Positions 45,046-53,273 of a stretch of DNA of 55,697 bases are shown here, in pieces. A program made the translations under genes and the position numbers. The notes under the pieces are model-generated. The model ran no database searches and had not been told where the DNA came from. It worked only from the letters and a program-made list of their open reading frames with translations. This stretch comes from a virus (taxonomy: Duplodnaviria; Caudoviricetes), in IMG/VR virus record IMGVR_UViG_3300018432_000007, positions 1 to 55,697 of that record; one strand, written 5' to 3'. The first letter of the stretch is position 1, and each line of letters opens with the position of its first letter.

Positions 45046-46725
45046 CTAGCTCGGCGAGCCCGTGGACGTGCAGGCGACCGAGCCGCAGCCGCAGCCCGAG
45101 TGCACCGGGATGTCGAAGTAGTACGCGCTGCAGCCGCGGAAGCAGGTCTTCTCGAACGTCTCCGCGAACGCCTGCCTGTCGTTTGTGCTGTTCAGCATGC
45201 TGTCGTGGATGTCGGTGCCCAGGTCGAGCGTGCCGCCATCGAGGAACACGAAGCTGTCTTCCGGGTGGATGTACACACCGGCGTCGTCCGGGACCTGGCC
45301 CGGCACGAGGATGCGGTGCTCGTTCTCTTCCTCGCCGGCGCCGAACGTCCCATCGAACGTCCATACGACGCTGGCGCCGATGTCGGAGAGCCACCCGTTG
45401 ATCGTGGCGTCCGCGAGCTGCAGGGCCTCGATGTTGTTGGCGACCCCCAAGTTCGCGATCACCTGGTTGCGCATGTAGTCGCGGATGTACGCGTCCGCGA
45501 TGACGCGGTAGCGGCGCGTCATGTTCCGCTGTGCGGAGCGGTCTGCGGCGATGACCGAGTTGATGCCCATCAGGAACGAGTTCAGGGTGTTGCACTCGTC
45601 CACCGTGCCCAGGTTCACGGACGCGGCGTGGATCTCCTCGATGGACTTCTGCTCGGCAACGCGGTCGAACTCCGCGAGGAGCAGCGCGAGCCGCGAGGCC
45701 CAGAACTCCGGGGAAAACTGTGCCTGGAAGTTACCGACGGTGATGCAGCGGACGACGGCGTCCGTTGCGCAGGTCAGCTCCTCGGGGCACGCGATCGGCG
45801 GGCACGGCTTGGTCGGGGTGTCACCGGGCGAGCCCGGTGAGCCGACGGCGCACGCCGCGATGTCCATGGCCTCGGTCCAGATCGAGACGTTGCCCGACAG
45901 GTCGCCGATGCTCGCGGCCGGGGCAAAAGTGATCTTTCCCCTGGTCGCCTGGAACTGGGGGAGAGCGTCCCGGATCGGGCGCCCGTCCTCGGAGCAGATC
46001 GGGTGCGTGTGGTCGACGTCGCCGGGACCACACATGCCACACGCTGCGGCCAGCGGGGACTCGTGGTTCTGCCCGACGCCGAACACGCCCATCATGCGCT
46101 GGTTGTTCAGATCGACGTTGAACCCGAGCTGGCGGGACGGCTCGAAGTCCCGGTGCATGCGGAACATGTGCCCGGTCTGACCCGGGTTGGTGACTGCCTT
46201 GGCGTGGGTCGAGAAAAGCTGGCCCAGGTCGTTGAAATCGCCCTGTTCCAGCTCGAACCCGGCCGCGACGCCGATGGCGCGCGAGCGGGTGCCGTTCACG
46301 GTCTTGGGCGCCGGGGTCGCGGGGGCCTTGGCGGTGGCGTGCGCCGTCAGGCGCGCGATGATGTCCGCCGACGCGGTCACCGGCTCCTCAACCTTCTCCG
46401 GCTCGGCCGGGGCAGGCGCGGGGTCCTTGGGGTCCGTGGCCGGGTCCGGCTCGGGGGCCTTGTCGTCGAACAGACCTTCGCGGAGCTTCATCAGCTCCTC
46501 ACGGTCCTTGGCCTCGGCCTTGGCGCGCTCCTCCAGCTCGCCGTCCAGCTTCTTGACCCCGGCGTGCAGGTCGCGGGCCAGATCCAGGTCGGGCTTGTCG
46601 GCCGTGGTCGCGGCGTCGAGCGCCGTCTTGAGCTCGTCGCGGGCTGCCTGCAGTTCGTCGGTCAGCGGCGGGGTGTCCCCGTCCAGCTGCGCGAGGATCG
46701 CAAGTGCATCGATCTTCTTCGCCAT
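45046..46725 (-). CDS. Major capsid protein with N-terminal scaffold-like region
   Basis: Coiled-coil/Pro-rich N-term; 'RPIRDALPQFQATRG', 'KPC..I.CP', 'GNF...F.PE', 'GGTLDLG..I.DS.LNSTND...F.ETFE'. Confidence 0.88.
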   Translation of the reverse strand: MAKKIDALAILAQLDGDTPPLTDELQAARDELKTALDAATTADKPDLDLARDLHAGVKKLDGELEERAKAEAKDREELMKLREGLFDDKAPEPDPATDPKDPAPAPAEPEKVEEPVTASADIIARLTAHATAKAPATPAPKTVNGTRSRAIGVAAGFELEQGDFNDLGQLFSTHAKAVTNPGQTGHMFRMHRDFEPSRQLGFNVDLNNQRMMGVFGVGQNHESPLAAACGMCGPGDVDHTHPICSEDGRPIRDALPQFQATRGKITFAPAASIGDLSGNVSIWTEAMDIAACAVGSPGSPGDTPTKPCPPIACPEELTCATDAVVRCITVGNFQAQFSPEFWASRLALLLAEFDRVAEQKSIEEIHAASVNLGTVDECNTLNSFLMGINSVIAADRSAQRNMTRRYRVIADAYIRDYMRNQVIANLGVANNIEALQLADATINGWLSDIGASVVWTFDGTFGAGEEENEHRILVPGQVPDDAGVYIHPEDSFVFLDGGTLDLGTDIHDSMLNSTNDRQAFAETFEKTCFRGCSAYYFDIPVHSGCGCGSVACTSTGSPS

Positions 46726-46861
46726 GTCCAGTGTCCTATCTGTCCGGACTCGTATGGGTGGAGACCGTGCCTTACAGACATGGTGAATGGTCGTAGCATA
46801 ACTACGCCCGTTCGCGAACTGCGCGGTGCGGCGCGCCGCGACTCCGGAGAGGCCCCACCGA

Positions 46862-47383
46862 ATGCCGTTCTCAGCCCGTGAAAACCGCACCTGGGCGCGT
46901 GCGCAGGTGGTCGCCGCCAAGCCGCGCCTGATCCTCGACATCGGCCCCGGAGAGGGCGCCTACGCGATGCTGCTGCGGCCGGTGCTGCCGACCACGGCGT
47001 TCTACGGGATCGAGGCGTGGGAGCCGTACGTGGACAAGTACGCGCTGCTCACGAAGTACGACGCGATCACCGTCGCGGACGTGCGGAACTTCTGGTTCCC
47101 GGCCGGTGACTACACGGTGATCATGGGCGACGTCCTCGAACACATGCCCGATCAGGACGGGCGGGATCTCGTGGCCACGATCAAGGAACGCGCCAAGCAC
47201 CTTCTGCTGAGCGTCCCGATCCGGCACAAAGAGCAGGGGGCGACGTTCGGCAATCCGTACGAGCGGCACGTGCGCCACTGGCACTACGACGAGCTGCAGG
47301 AACTGATGGGGCCGTGCCCGCAGGTGAAGGGGCACACCCTGGCCCGCTTCTGGTGGACCCGACCGACCGAGCGACGGGAGTAA
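46862..47383 (+). CDS. Class I SAM-dependent methyltransferase
   Basis: ILDIGPGEG, E.W.PY, 'GDVLEHM' and 'QG...GNPYE.H'. Confidence 0.85.
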   Translation: MPFSARENRTWARAQVVAAKPRLILDIGPGEGAYAMLLRPVLPTTAFYGIEAWEPYVDKYALLTKYDAITVADVRNFWFPAGDYTVIMGDVLEHMPDQDGRDLVATIKERAKHLLLSVPIRHKEQGATFGNPYERHVRHWHYDELQELMGPCPQVKGHTLARFWWTRPTERRE

Positions 47384-47388
47384 GTGAC

Positions 47389-47856
47389 ATGGCAGCAACC
47401 CCAGGATGGCCACCGAAACGATCCGGATTCCCCGGGATCTGGCTCGACCGCATGCGCGCGTACGTCGATCGCGCAGGCTCCACCGCACCAGGTGCGCACG
47501 TGCCCATCGCTCCTGTGTCGCCGGCGGTCGCGCTGGAGGCGTACCCCACAGCGATCGTGCCGAACGGCGGAGGCTCGGTCAGCCTGACCGGCGGCATCCG
47601 GATCAACGGGCTCGACGTCGGCGGCGAGCGCCGCATCTTCACCCCACCGGACCGGTACCTGCCGACCAAGAACGAGACGCACCCGATCGCCGCGAGCGTC
47701 ATCGGCGGACCGGCGCCGGGCATCGTGCCCATGTCGCTGAACGCGCTGCCGCTGTCCGACGGCGGTGGCCTGTTCCTGATCTATCCCGAGATCCCGGCTG
47801 ACGCGTTCGCGCTGGTCTGGCTCGACGCCGTGACGTACTGGCCAGCGGGTACCTGA
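47389..47856 (+). CDS. Beta-rich protein resembling a tail-tip/receptor-binding domain
   Basis: 'G.VSL.GGI...IFT.P..Y.P...WLD.VTY' resembles the domain of 34313..34774. Confidence 0.55.
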   Translation: MAATPGWPPKRSGFPGIWLDRMRAYVDRAGSTAPGAHVPIAPVSPAVALEAYPTAIVPNGGGSVSLTGGIRINGLDVGGERRIFTPPDRYLPTKNETHPIAASVIGGPAPGIVPMSLNALPLSDGGGLFLIYPEIPADAFALVWLDAVTYWPAGT

Positions 47857-47903
47857 CGCGTCCGCTATGGTCCGGCGTGGGGGTTAGCCCCTGAAAGGTA
47901 GTT

Positions 47904-47942
47904 AGGTCCGGGATCGCTGGGGGATCCCGGACCTTCCCTTTT
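47904..47942 (+). terminator. Rho-independent terminator
   Basis: 12-bp stem AGGTCCGGGATC/GATCCCGGACCT followed by TCCCTTTT. Confidence 0.8.
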
Positions 47943-47944
47943 GC

Positions 47945-48249
47945 CCCTTGGCGCTCACCATCTGCTCACTGCCCACCTACTGGAAAGCCGGTTCACAGGG
48001 CATCAGTGCAGGTCAGCCACCGGATCCGCCCGGTCAACGCACCCGCTCATGTAAAGCGGGTGCGTACTTTGTGGGGCCCCGACGGGTGCCTAATGCCCGG
48101 TTCGAGTGGTTCAATGGATGCGTTCCTGAGCCGATCCGGGGCAGCGAGTTTTCTGGGTGTCTCGCTCCGGTAGCCCCTCGGGGTGGTCCATTCGACATCC
48201 GGCGGGAGTGCAGTCGCTCCGTGTGGCGCTGCTGGTGGAGAGCACGGGC
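47945..48249. ncRNA. Candidate structured non-coding RNA region
   Basis: About 300 bp with no convincing ORF between two terminators; 11-bp hairpin at 48037-48065 and several longer-range complementarities. Confidence 0.3.
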
Positions 48250-48287
48250 ACAGGGCCCCGGCCATCCTCGGATGGTCGGGGCCCTGT
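48250..48287. terminator. Terminator-like hairpin
   Basis: ACAGGGCCCCGGCCATCC/GGATGGTCGGGGCCCTGT. Confidence 0.7.
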
Positions 48288-48300
48288 CGCGTCCCGGTGG

Positions 48301-48645
48301 TCACAGGTCACGTTGCCCACTCAGCGCAGCCACCTCGGCGTCGAACCGCCCGAGCATGTCGCGCACGACGGCGCACGCCTGGTCGTGCATCGCGAGAGCA
48401 GCGGCGCGGGTAGAGGTGCGCTCGCACGAGAGGTCACCGTGACCATCCACGAACGTCATGGTCTCGAAGATCAGCGGGGGACCGACCAACGGCCAGTTGT
48501 GATCCACGACGAGCAGCACGGTGGACACCTGGGCTCGATCGCCAAAGTCGGTCAGCGCCACGCGGCGAGCGGTGATGTCACCCAGCAGCGCCTCGACGTC
48601 GTTCAGGTCGTGCAGCTGGTTGCCGTCCATGTCGTAGAACCTCAC
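48301..48645 (-). CDS. Hypothetical phage protein
   Basis: 'VSTV.L.VDHNW...GPPLIFETM.F...R.ST...A...H'. Confidence 0.7.
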   Translation of the reverse strand: MRFYDMDGNQLHDLNDVEALLGDITARRVALTDFGDRAQVSTVLLVVDHNWPLVGPPLIFETMTFVDGHGDLSCERTSTRAAALAMHDQACAVVRDMLGRFDAEVAALSGQRDL

Positions 48646-48910
48646 AGGTCCTCCCGGAACAGGTCTCGGTAGCGATCTCCCACGGGGACGTCGGGCGTTG
48701 CCCCGAGATCGATGGTGCCGACTGCAGCCAATACCAGCCGCACCCGCAGCCGCACGGGTCGCTCGTGAACGGGCCCAACTTGGTGGGGTCGACGCGGTCC
48801 AGCGTTGCGCAGTCCACGCACGCGAACACCTGGGCTACGCCGGGCTTCACGGGCGGGAGATCGATCGGACCATCCCCAGGCGTGACCATCTCGGCGGGGA
48901 ACTCGCTCAC
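48578..48910 (-). CDS. Cys-containing hypothetical protein
   Basis: GTGA-coupled; CVDC and CGCGC. Confidence 0.5.
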   Translation of the reverse strand: MSEFPAEMVTPGDGPIDLPPVKPGVAQVFACVDCATLDRVDPTKLGPFTSDPCGCGCGWYWLQSAPSISGQRPTSPWEIATETCSGRTCEVLRHGRQPAARPERRRGAAG

Positions 48911-49110
48911 GCGCGCTGCCGCATCTGTTGGGCACGGAACGCGACTAACGGGGCGTCGCGGACGATCAACGCGTCAGCCTCGGCCCGGGCCCAGTACGCG
49001 CCGTTCAGCCACCACTGCACCCCATCCCCGAGAGTCACCAGGTCGCCCTCATGGCGCGCGATGCCACCGTGTGCCAACTCCTCGGCGCGCTCGCGATCGG
49101 CGGTGCTCAC
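48907..49110 (-). CDS. Small hypothetical protein
   Basis: Coupled ORF. Confidence 0.55.
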   Translation of the reverse strand: MSTADRERAEELAHGGIARHEGDLVTLGDGVQWWLNGAYWARAEADALIVRDAPLVAFRAQQMRQRA

Positions 49111-49352
49111 GAGTGCATCTCGTAGTACGTGTAGCCGCGCTCGGCCTCGGGCACCGTCTCGTCGTCGGGCAGGTCGAGCCGCGTGAACGAGCCGGGGTCT
49201 GCATCCAGGTTGAACTCGTTCGGCATGAACTCCTCGATCGTGCGCCGGTACACGGCGTCAAGCTGCTCCGTCAGCGGCTCTGTCAGCGTGCGCACGCGGA
49301 CGATGAAGTGCCCCGCGTCGGGGACGTACCAGCCCCATACCTTGTACGTCAT
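49107..49352 (-). CDS. Small acidic protein
   Basis: MTYKVWGWYVPDAG... Confidence 0.6.
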   Translation of the reverse strand: MTYKVWGWYVPDAGHFIVRVRTLTEPLTEQLDAVYRRTIEEFMPNEFNLDADPGSFTRLDLPDDETVPEAERGYTYYEMHS

Positions 49353-49354
49353 GT

Positions 49355-49630
49355 CTAGCCCTTCTCGTCGCGGGGGTTCGGCCGGCCGAACAGTTCCTTG
49401 TGCAGGTTCTGGCAGTAGCCCCAGGCGTCGAACGTCGCCGCGTCGGTGCCCGCTTCCTGCGTGACTAGACGCTGGCATCTGGTCAGGTCGCCCTCTGTGC
49501 CCCAGCGGATCCGGGCGGCGCCCTCGCCGGTCTTCCAATACGCCTTGAGCTGCTGTGTCGCCGCGGTGTTGGGCTCGTCGAGCCCGAGCCGCTGCCGGAT
49601 GCCATCCCATGCCGTTCCTGATTCGCTCAC
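49355..49630 (-). CDS. Stand-alone 'YW..GEGAA.IRWGT.GD..RC' domain protein (head-associated family of actinophages)
   Basis: LKAYWKTGEGAARIRWGTEGDLTRC...GYCQNLH. Confidence 0.75.
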   Translation of the reverse strand: MSESGTAWDGIRQRLGLDEPNTAATQQLKAYWKTGEGAARIRWGTEGDLTRCQRLVTQEAGTDAATFDAWGYCQNLHKELFGRPNPRDEKG

Positions 49631-49672
49631 CTGATCCCCTTGGTCCAATCTGCCGTTAATTGCCGTTATGTC

Positions 49673-49697
49673 AGGGGAGCGATAATATCGCTCCCCT
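49673..49697 (-). terminator. Terminator-like hairpin after the lysis operon
   Basis: AGGGGAGCGATA/TATCGCTCCCCT. Confidence 0.6.
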
Positions 49698-49991
49698 TCT
49701 TAAGGTTGTCGCAACCGTTGATCGGCCCTCCCCCGTAGGCTCCATCCGAGCCACATCCCGGCGCCGACGAGCGGGATAGCGTCCCCCAGGAACTCGAACG
49801 TAACCCGGAGGAACGCGTCCCACGCCTCGGCGCTCATGGGAAGTAGCCCGGCGCGAGCTCGACCGCCTTGCAGTCCGGGCACACGCGCTTGGTGAACCCC
49901 CAGGTGCGATCTTCCGGCCGGTTCCCGTCGAGCCAGGTCACCCACTCGTGGCGCCCGAGCCAGCACCGCAGCCACACGTACATGCGCATCA

Positions 49992-50459
49992 CTACGGCGC
50001 GCCCTGCGCGCCGCCGGCGTCCTTCTGTGCGCCCGGGCTCTCCACGGTCGGCAGGAGCTGCTGCTGCTGCACCGCGAGCAGCGCCTCGTCCTTGTTCCAC
50101 CCGTTGGCGGACAGCATGGCGATCGTGCTCGCGGACGACTCCTGCGCGCGAGCGAGATCGAGCGGCGTGGGTACGACGGGCTGCGGCTCGACAGTCGCGT
50201 ACTCGTTGCGCGTCGGCCGGTACGCGGCGCCGACCACACCACCGACGAACAGCAGCCACGGCACCACCTCGGCCACGGTCGCCTCGACCTGCTCGCGGCC
50301 CTCGGGCCACCAGATCGACACGATCCGCATGGACCCGAGCGCGGCGATCGCCACCACGACCGAGCCCACCGAGATCCCCGTACGCACCTTGGGCGGGATC
50401 AGGTCCACCACTTCCGCGAACGCGGTCCGGACCTGCACTGTCAGCTCTGCATTTGCCAT
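49992..50459 (-). CDS. Putative holin
   Basis: Two TM segments directly after the endolysin; 'IPPKVR'. Confidence 0.65.
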   Translation of the reverse strand: MANAELTVQVRTAFAEVVDLIPPKVRTGISVGSVVVAIAALGSMRIVSIWWPEGREQVEATVAEVVPWLLFVGGVVGAAYRPTRNEYATVEPQPVVPTPLDLARAQESSASTIAMLSANGWNKDEALLAVQQQQLLPTVESPGAQKDAGGAQGAP

Positions 50460-50462
50460 GGG

Positions 50463-51422
50463 TCAGATCTTGCCCGCGTTGAGCCGCTTCTGGAACTGGC
50501 GCACCGTGGCGGACGGGTTCCAGATCTCGCCGTCCCGCACGTCCATGCGGAGATCTGCCTGCAGGGCCGTGAAGTACATCGGGCCCACGAGCCCGTCGAG
50601 CTTGCCCAGGTAGCGGCCTCGGCTCTGGAGAATCACCTGGTGTTCGAGGATCATGCGCGAGCCGCGAGCGTCCTCGGGGTCTACCCACTGCCAGCCGCGC
50701 GTGAGCCCGGGGTTGTCGGCGACGTGAGTCCGGGACTGGGACGACACGATGCCGTCCACCGTGGTGCCGAGCTCGTGCTGTGCCTTGCGGGTCGTGTCCG
50801 ATCCCCACCGGCCGTCCACGTCGATCTGGTCCGGGACGTGGCCCGACGTCGGCGGGCGTACGGGGTTGTCGACGTAGATGGGCCCGTCAGCGTGATAGAC
50901 GCCGCGGTTGAGCTGGCCCAGCAGCGACTCCGCGAACCGACCAGGGCACGCGGTCTGCGCGCCGGGTGCGTCCTGGTGGCCACCGGCGACCTGCGGGTTG
51001 CGCCACCACTTCTGAGCCACGCCGTGGTGCAGCAGCCAGTCCGTGGCTTCCAGCATCGGGCGCGGCGGTTTGTTGATGTCGTAGTTCCCCACCCACACGA
51101 TGTTCGCGGTCGGGGTGTTGTACTTCGCGATCGCGGCGCCGACGCGGTCCACGCTCACGCCCTCGAAGATCAACCCGGCTGGCGTGATCGGGAACTGGTA
51201 GCTGATGCCGTGCCGGAACCGCTCCTGGCCGATCGCTTCCAGCTTGCGCACTGCGGCGAAATCGTCGTCGAACGGTGGGAGGAGGTTCGGCGCGATCGTG
51301 ACGCTGTGGTGCACGTACACGAGCAGGTTCCCGACCGCCCGGGGCCCGAACCCGTCGGGGAACCGGGCGCCCCACTGCGGGCGCTGGATGACTCTCTGCT
51401 CTTGGATGACGCTCTGGGCCAT
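50463..51422 (-). CDS. Endolysin: N-acetylmuramoyl-L-alanine amidase plus peptidoglycan-binding repeats
   Basis: R.QWGA, VHHS, ISYQF, GH.D....TACPG; C-terminal 'VDG.WG..T...Q..LG..VDG' repeats. Confidence 0.9.
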   Translation of the reverse strand: MAQSVIQEQRVIQRPQWGARFPDGFGPRAVGNLLVYVHHSVTIAPNLLPPFDDDFAAVRKLEAIGQERFRHGISYQFPITPAGLIFEGVSVDRVGAAIAKYNTPTANIVWVGNYDINKPPRPMLEATDWLLHHGVAQKWWRNPQVAGGHQDAPGAQTACPGRFAESLLGQLNRGVYHADGPIYVDNPVRPPTSGHVPDQIDVDGRWGSDTTRKAQHELGTTVDGIVSSQSRTHVADNPGLTRGWQWVDPEDARGSRMILEHQVILQSRGRYLGKLDGLVGPMYFTALQADLRMDVRDGEIWNPSATVRQFQKRLNAGKI

Positions 51423-51647
51423 GGGTTCCTCCGTGGTGTGGTGGTGGTCTGATCCTGCCGTCAGATCGAGGGCAGTCGCCTGCCGGCCAGGGTCCGGCCG
51501 GGGACGGGGAACATGCGCTGCCCACGGCACCCTGGGCAGCGGATCGGGATCGGGTGCGACATCATCCGCGTGGGGTTGCGGCGGAACGCGACCCCGGCAC
51601 GGAGCGTGATCAGGATCCGGCCACCCTCGCACCTCTGGCAGAGGGAG

Positions 51648-51893
51648 CTATGCATGCGCGGCCACCACGCGCCCAGTTGCGGTGAAGCTGCTCAGCTCGT
51701 CCGTGTAGTCCTCGCGCCGGATGGTGAGGTTCACGGTCACCTGCGGTTCGGTCGTCTCCTGCAGCAGTTGCTCCAGCACGACGAACGCGACGTGCCGCTG
51801 CACCCCCTGCGCGATGAACCGGCCAGCAGGCAGGCCCAGTTCCCATCTCTCGACGGTCTCGGTGTATGTGTGGTCTATCGCCATTGTCGCCAT
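51648..51893 (-). CDS. Small hypothetical protein
   Basis: 81 aa; CATACT 6 nt before the ATG. Confidence 0.55.
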   Translation of the reverse strand: MATMAIDHTYTETVERWELGLPAGRFIAQGVQRHVAFVVLEQLLQETTEPQVTVNLTIRREDYTDELSSFTATGRVVAAHA

Positions 51894-51979
51894 TGCAGGA
51901 GTATGGCCCCCTCACCAGGCATGACGGAAGGGCCGCGAGCGCACCCCACCGGTACGCCCGCGGCCCTCTGCGTTCGAGG

Positions 51980-52915
51980 CTATCCCCGAGCGGCCAGAGC
52001 CTCGACCTGGGTCACGAACGCGGCCTGGTCATCGCGGTACCGGATGGCGTTCCCGCGCTGCGCGACGTCGCTCGATGCGACGTGCCAGGCGTCCTCGTCG
52101 GTCATGAGCCGGCTGACGGTCTTCACCCACGCGCGCAGGTCGTTGCGGTCCAGGTAGATGCCGTGACCGTCCATCGCCTCGCGGATGCCGGGGTCTGGGG
52201 AGGCGACGAGCGGGATCCCCGAGATCGAGCCCTCGACACCGACACGGCCGTACGTCTCGGACTTGGACGGGAACACCTGCACGCGGGTGCGCGAGTAGAA
52301 GTCGCGCGGGTCCATGAAGTCGACGAGCTCGACGTTGTTGATCCCCCGGAACGCGGAGACGCCGCTGCCGCGCCCGTCCTTCACGACCAGGAACCGGTGA
52401 TTGGTCATCGCGCGGGCCATGCTCGCGACGAGCAGCCCGCCTTTCCACGGCGACGACAGGGACAGGCCGATCTTGGCGCCCGGCGTCGTGCGATACCTGT
52501 CCGGGTCGATCGGTGGTGGGGTGCTGAACAGCAGTTTGCGGGGCAGTGCGAGCGTGTGGGCGCGCATCGCCGCATACGACGGAAACCACACCTTCTCAGC
52601 GAACCGCAGCCCCGGGTCCTGGGTTTGGTAGGAGTGCTGGCACATCAGCTTCCGGCCGGGCATCCGCTTGATGGTCTCCAGCGCGTCCGTAGGCAGCCCC
52701 GAGTTGTACACGATGACGTCGTAGCGGGCGCTGCTGTCCAGGGCCCGGATACGCCGCACGTTGATCGGCAGGTCACCGGTGTACGGCGACAGGACAGCGG
52801 TCACGCACACGTCAACGGCGTGGCCGGCGGCAGCGAGCGGAGTCAGGAGCTCCACCATCGTCGTTGCCCGGCCACGCCCGTACCCGAACCCCTGGACTAC
52901 CCCGAGGATCCTCAC
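51980..52915 (-). CDS. GT-B fold (GT4-like) glycosyltransferase
   Basis: 'L...GH.VDV' and 'FPS.SETYGRVGVEG...GIP.VAS...GIRE' E-x7-E motif. Confidence 0.88.
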   Translation of the reverse strand: MRILGVVQGFGYGRGRATTMVELLTPLAAAGHAVDVCVTAVLSPYTGDLPINVRRIRALDSSARYDVIVYNSGLPTDALETIKRMPGRKLMCQHSYQTQDPGLRFAEKVWFPSYAAMRAHTLALPRKLLFSTPPPIDPDRYRTTPGAKIGLSLSSPWKGGLLVASMARAMTNHRFLVVKDGRGSGVSAFRGINNVELVDFMDPRDFYSRTRVQVFPSKSETYGRVGVEGSISGIPLVASPDPGIREAMDGHGIYLDRNDLRAWVKTVSRLMTDEDAWHVASSDVAQRGNAIRYRDDQAAFVTQVEALAARG

Positions 52916-53262
52916 GGCTGCGTGTGCCGCACCTGGGCTGCAACGTCCATCGCGAGCAGCTTGATCGGGCCCGGCTCGGCGTAGTCCGTGGTCACGAGCG
53001 GCGCCGTCTCTGCGGTGGCCCAGTGGAACCACATGGACGCCTGCTGCAGCTGCGTGAACGCCGTGGCCTTGCCCCGACCAGCGGGCACCAGGTGGTCCAG
53101 GTGCTCGGCGATCTCGATGAACAGTGCGCGGATCTCCTCGTGGATGGGGGCTGTGGCGTTCGCCCCCTCGATGGTCGCGGCGTGGTACCCGAACCGGTGC
53201 AGGATCTCGTCCCGGCCGATGCTCGCGTTGGTCTCGGGGATCTCGTTGGTGGTGTCGCTCAT
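52912..53262 (-). CDS. Acb2/Tad1-like hairpin protein (candidate immune-signal sponge)
   Basis: 'I.HRF.YH......HEEIR..F...A..L...VP.GR.KA.A.T.L..A.MW...A.A'. Confidence 0.65.
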   Translation of the reverse strand: MSDTTNEIPETNASIGRDEILHRFGYHAATIEGANATAPIHEEIRALFIEIAEHLDHLVPAGRGKATAFTQLQQASMWFHWATAETAPLVTTDYAEPGPIKLLAMDVAAQVRHTQP

Positions 53263-53273
53263 GGTGCTCCTGT

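Noticed and set aside
48090-48200. tRNA suggested by GGTTCGAG and TTCGAC T-loop-like words
   Set aside because: I could not build a cloverleaf with acceptor, D and anticodon stems
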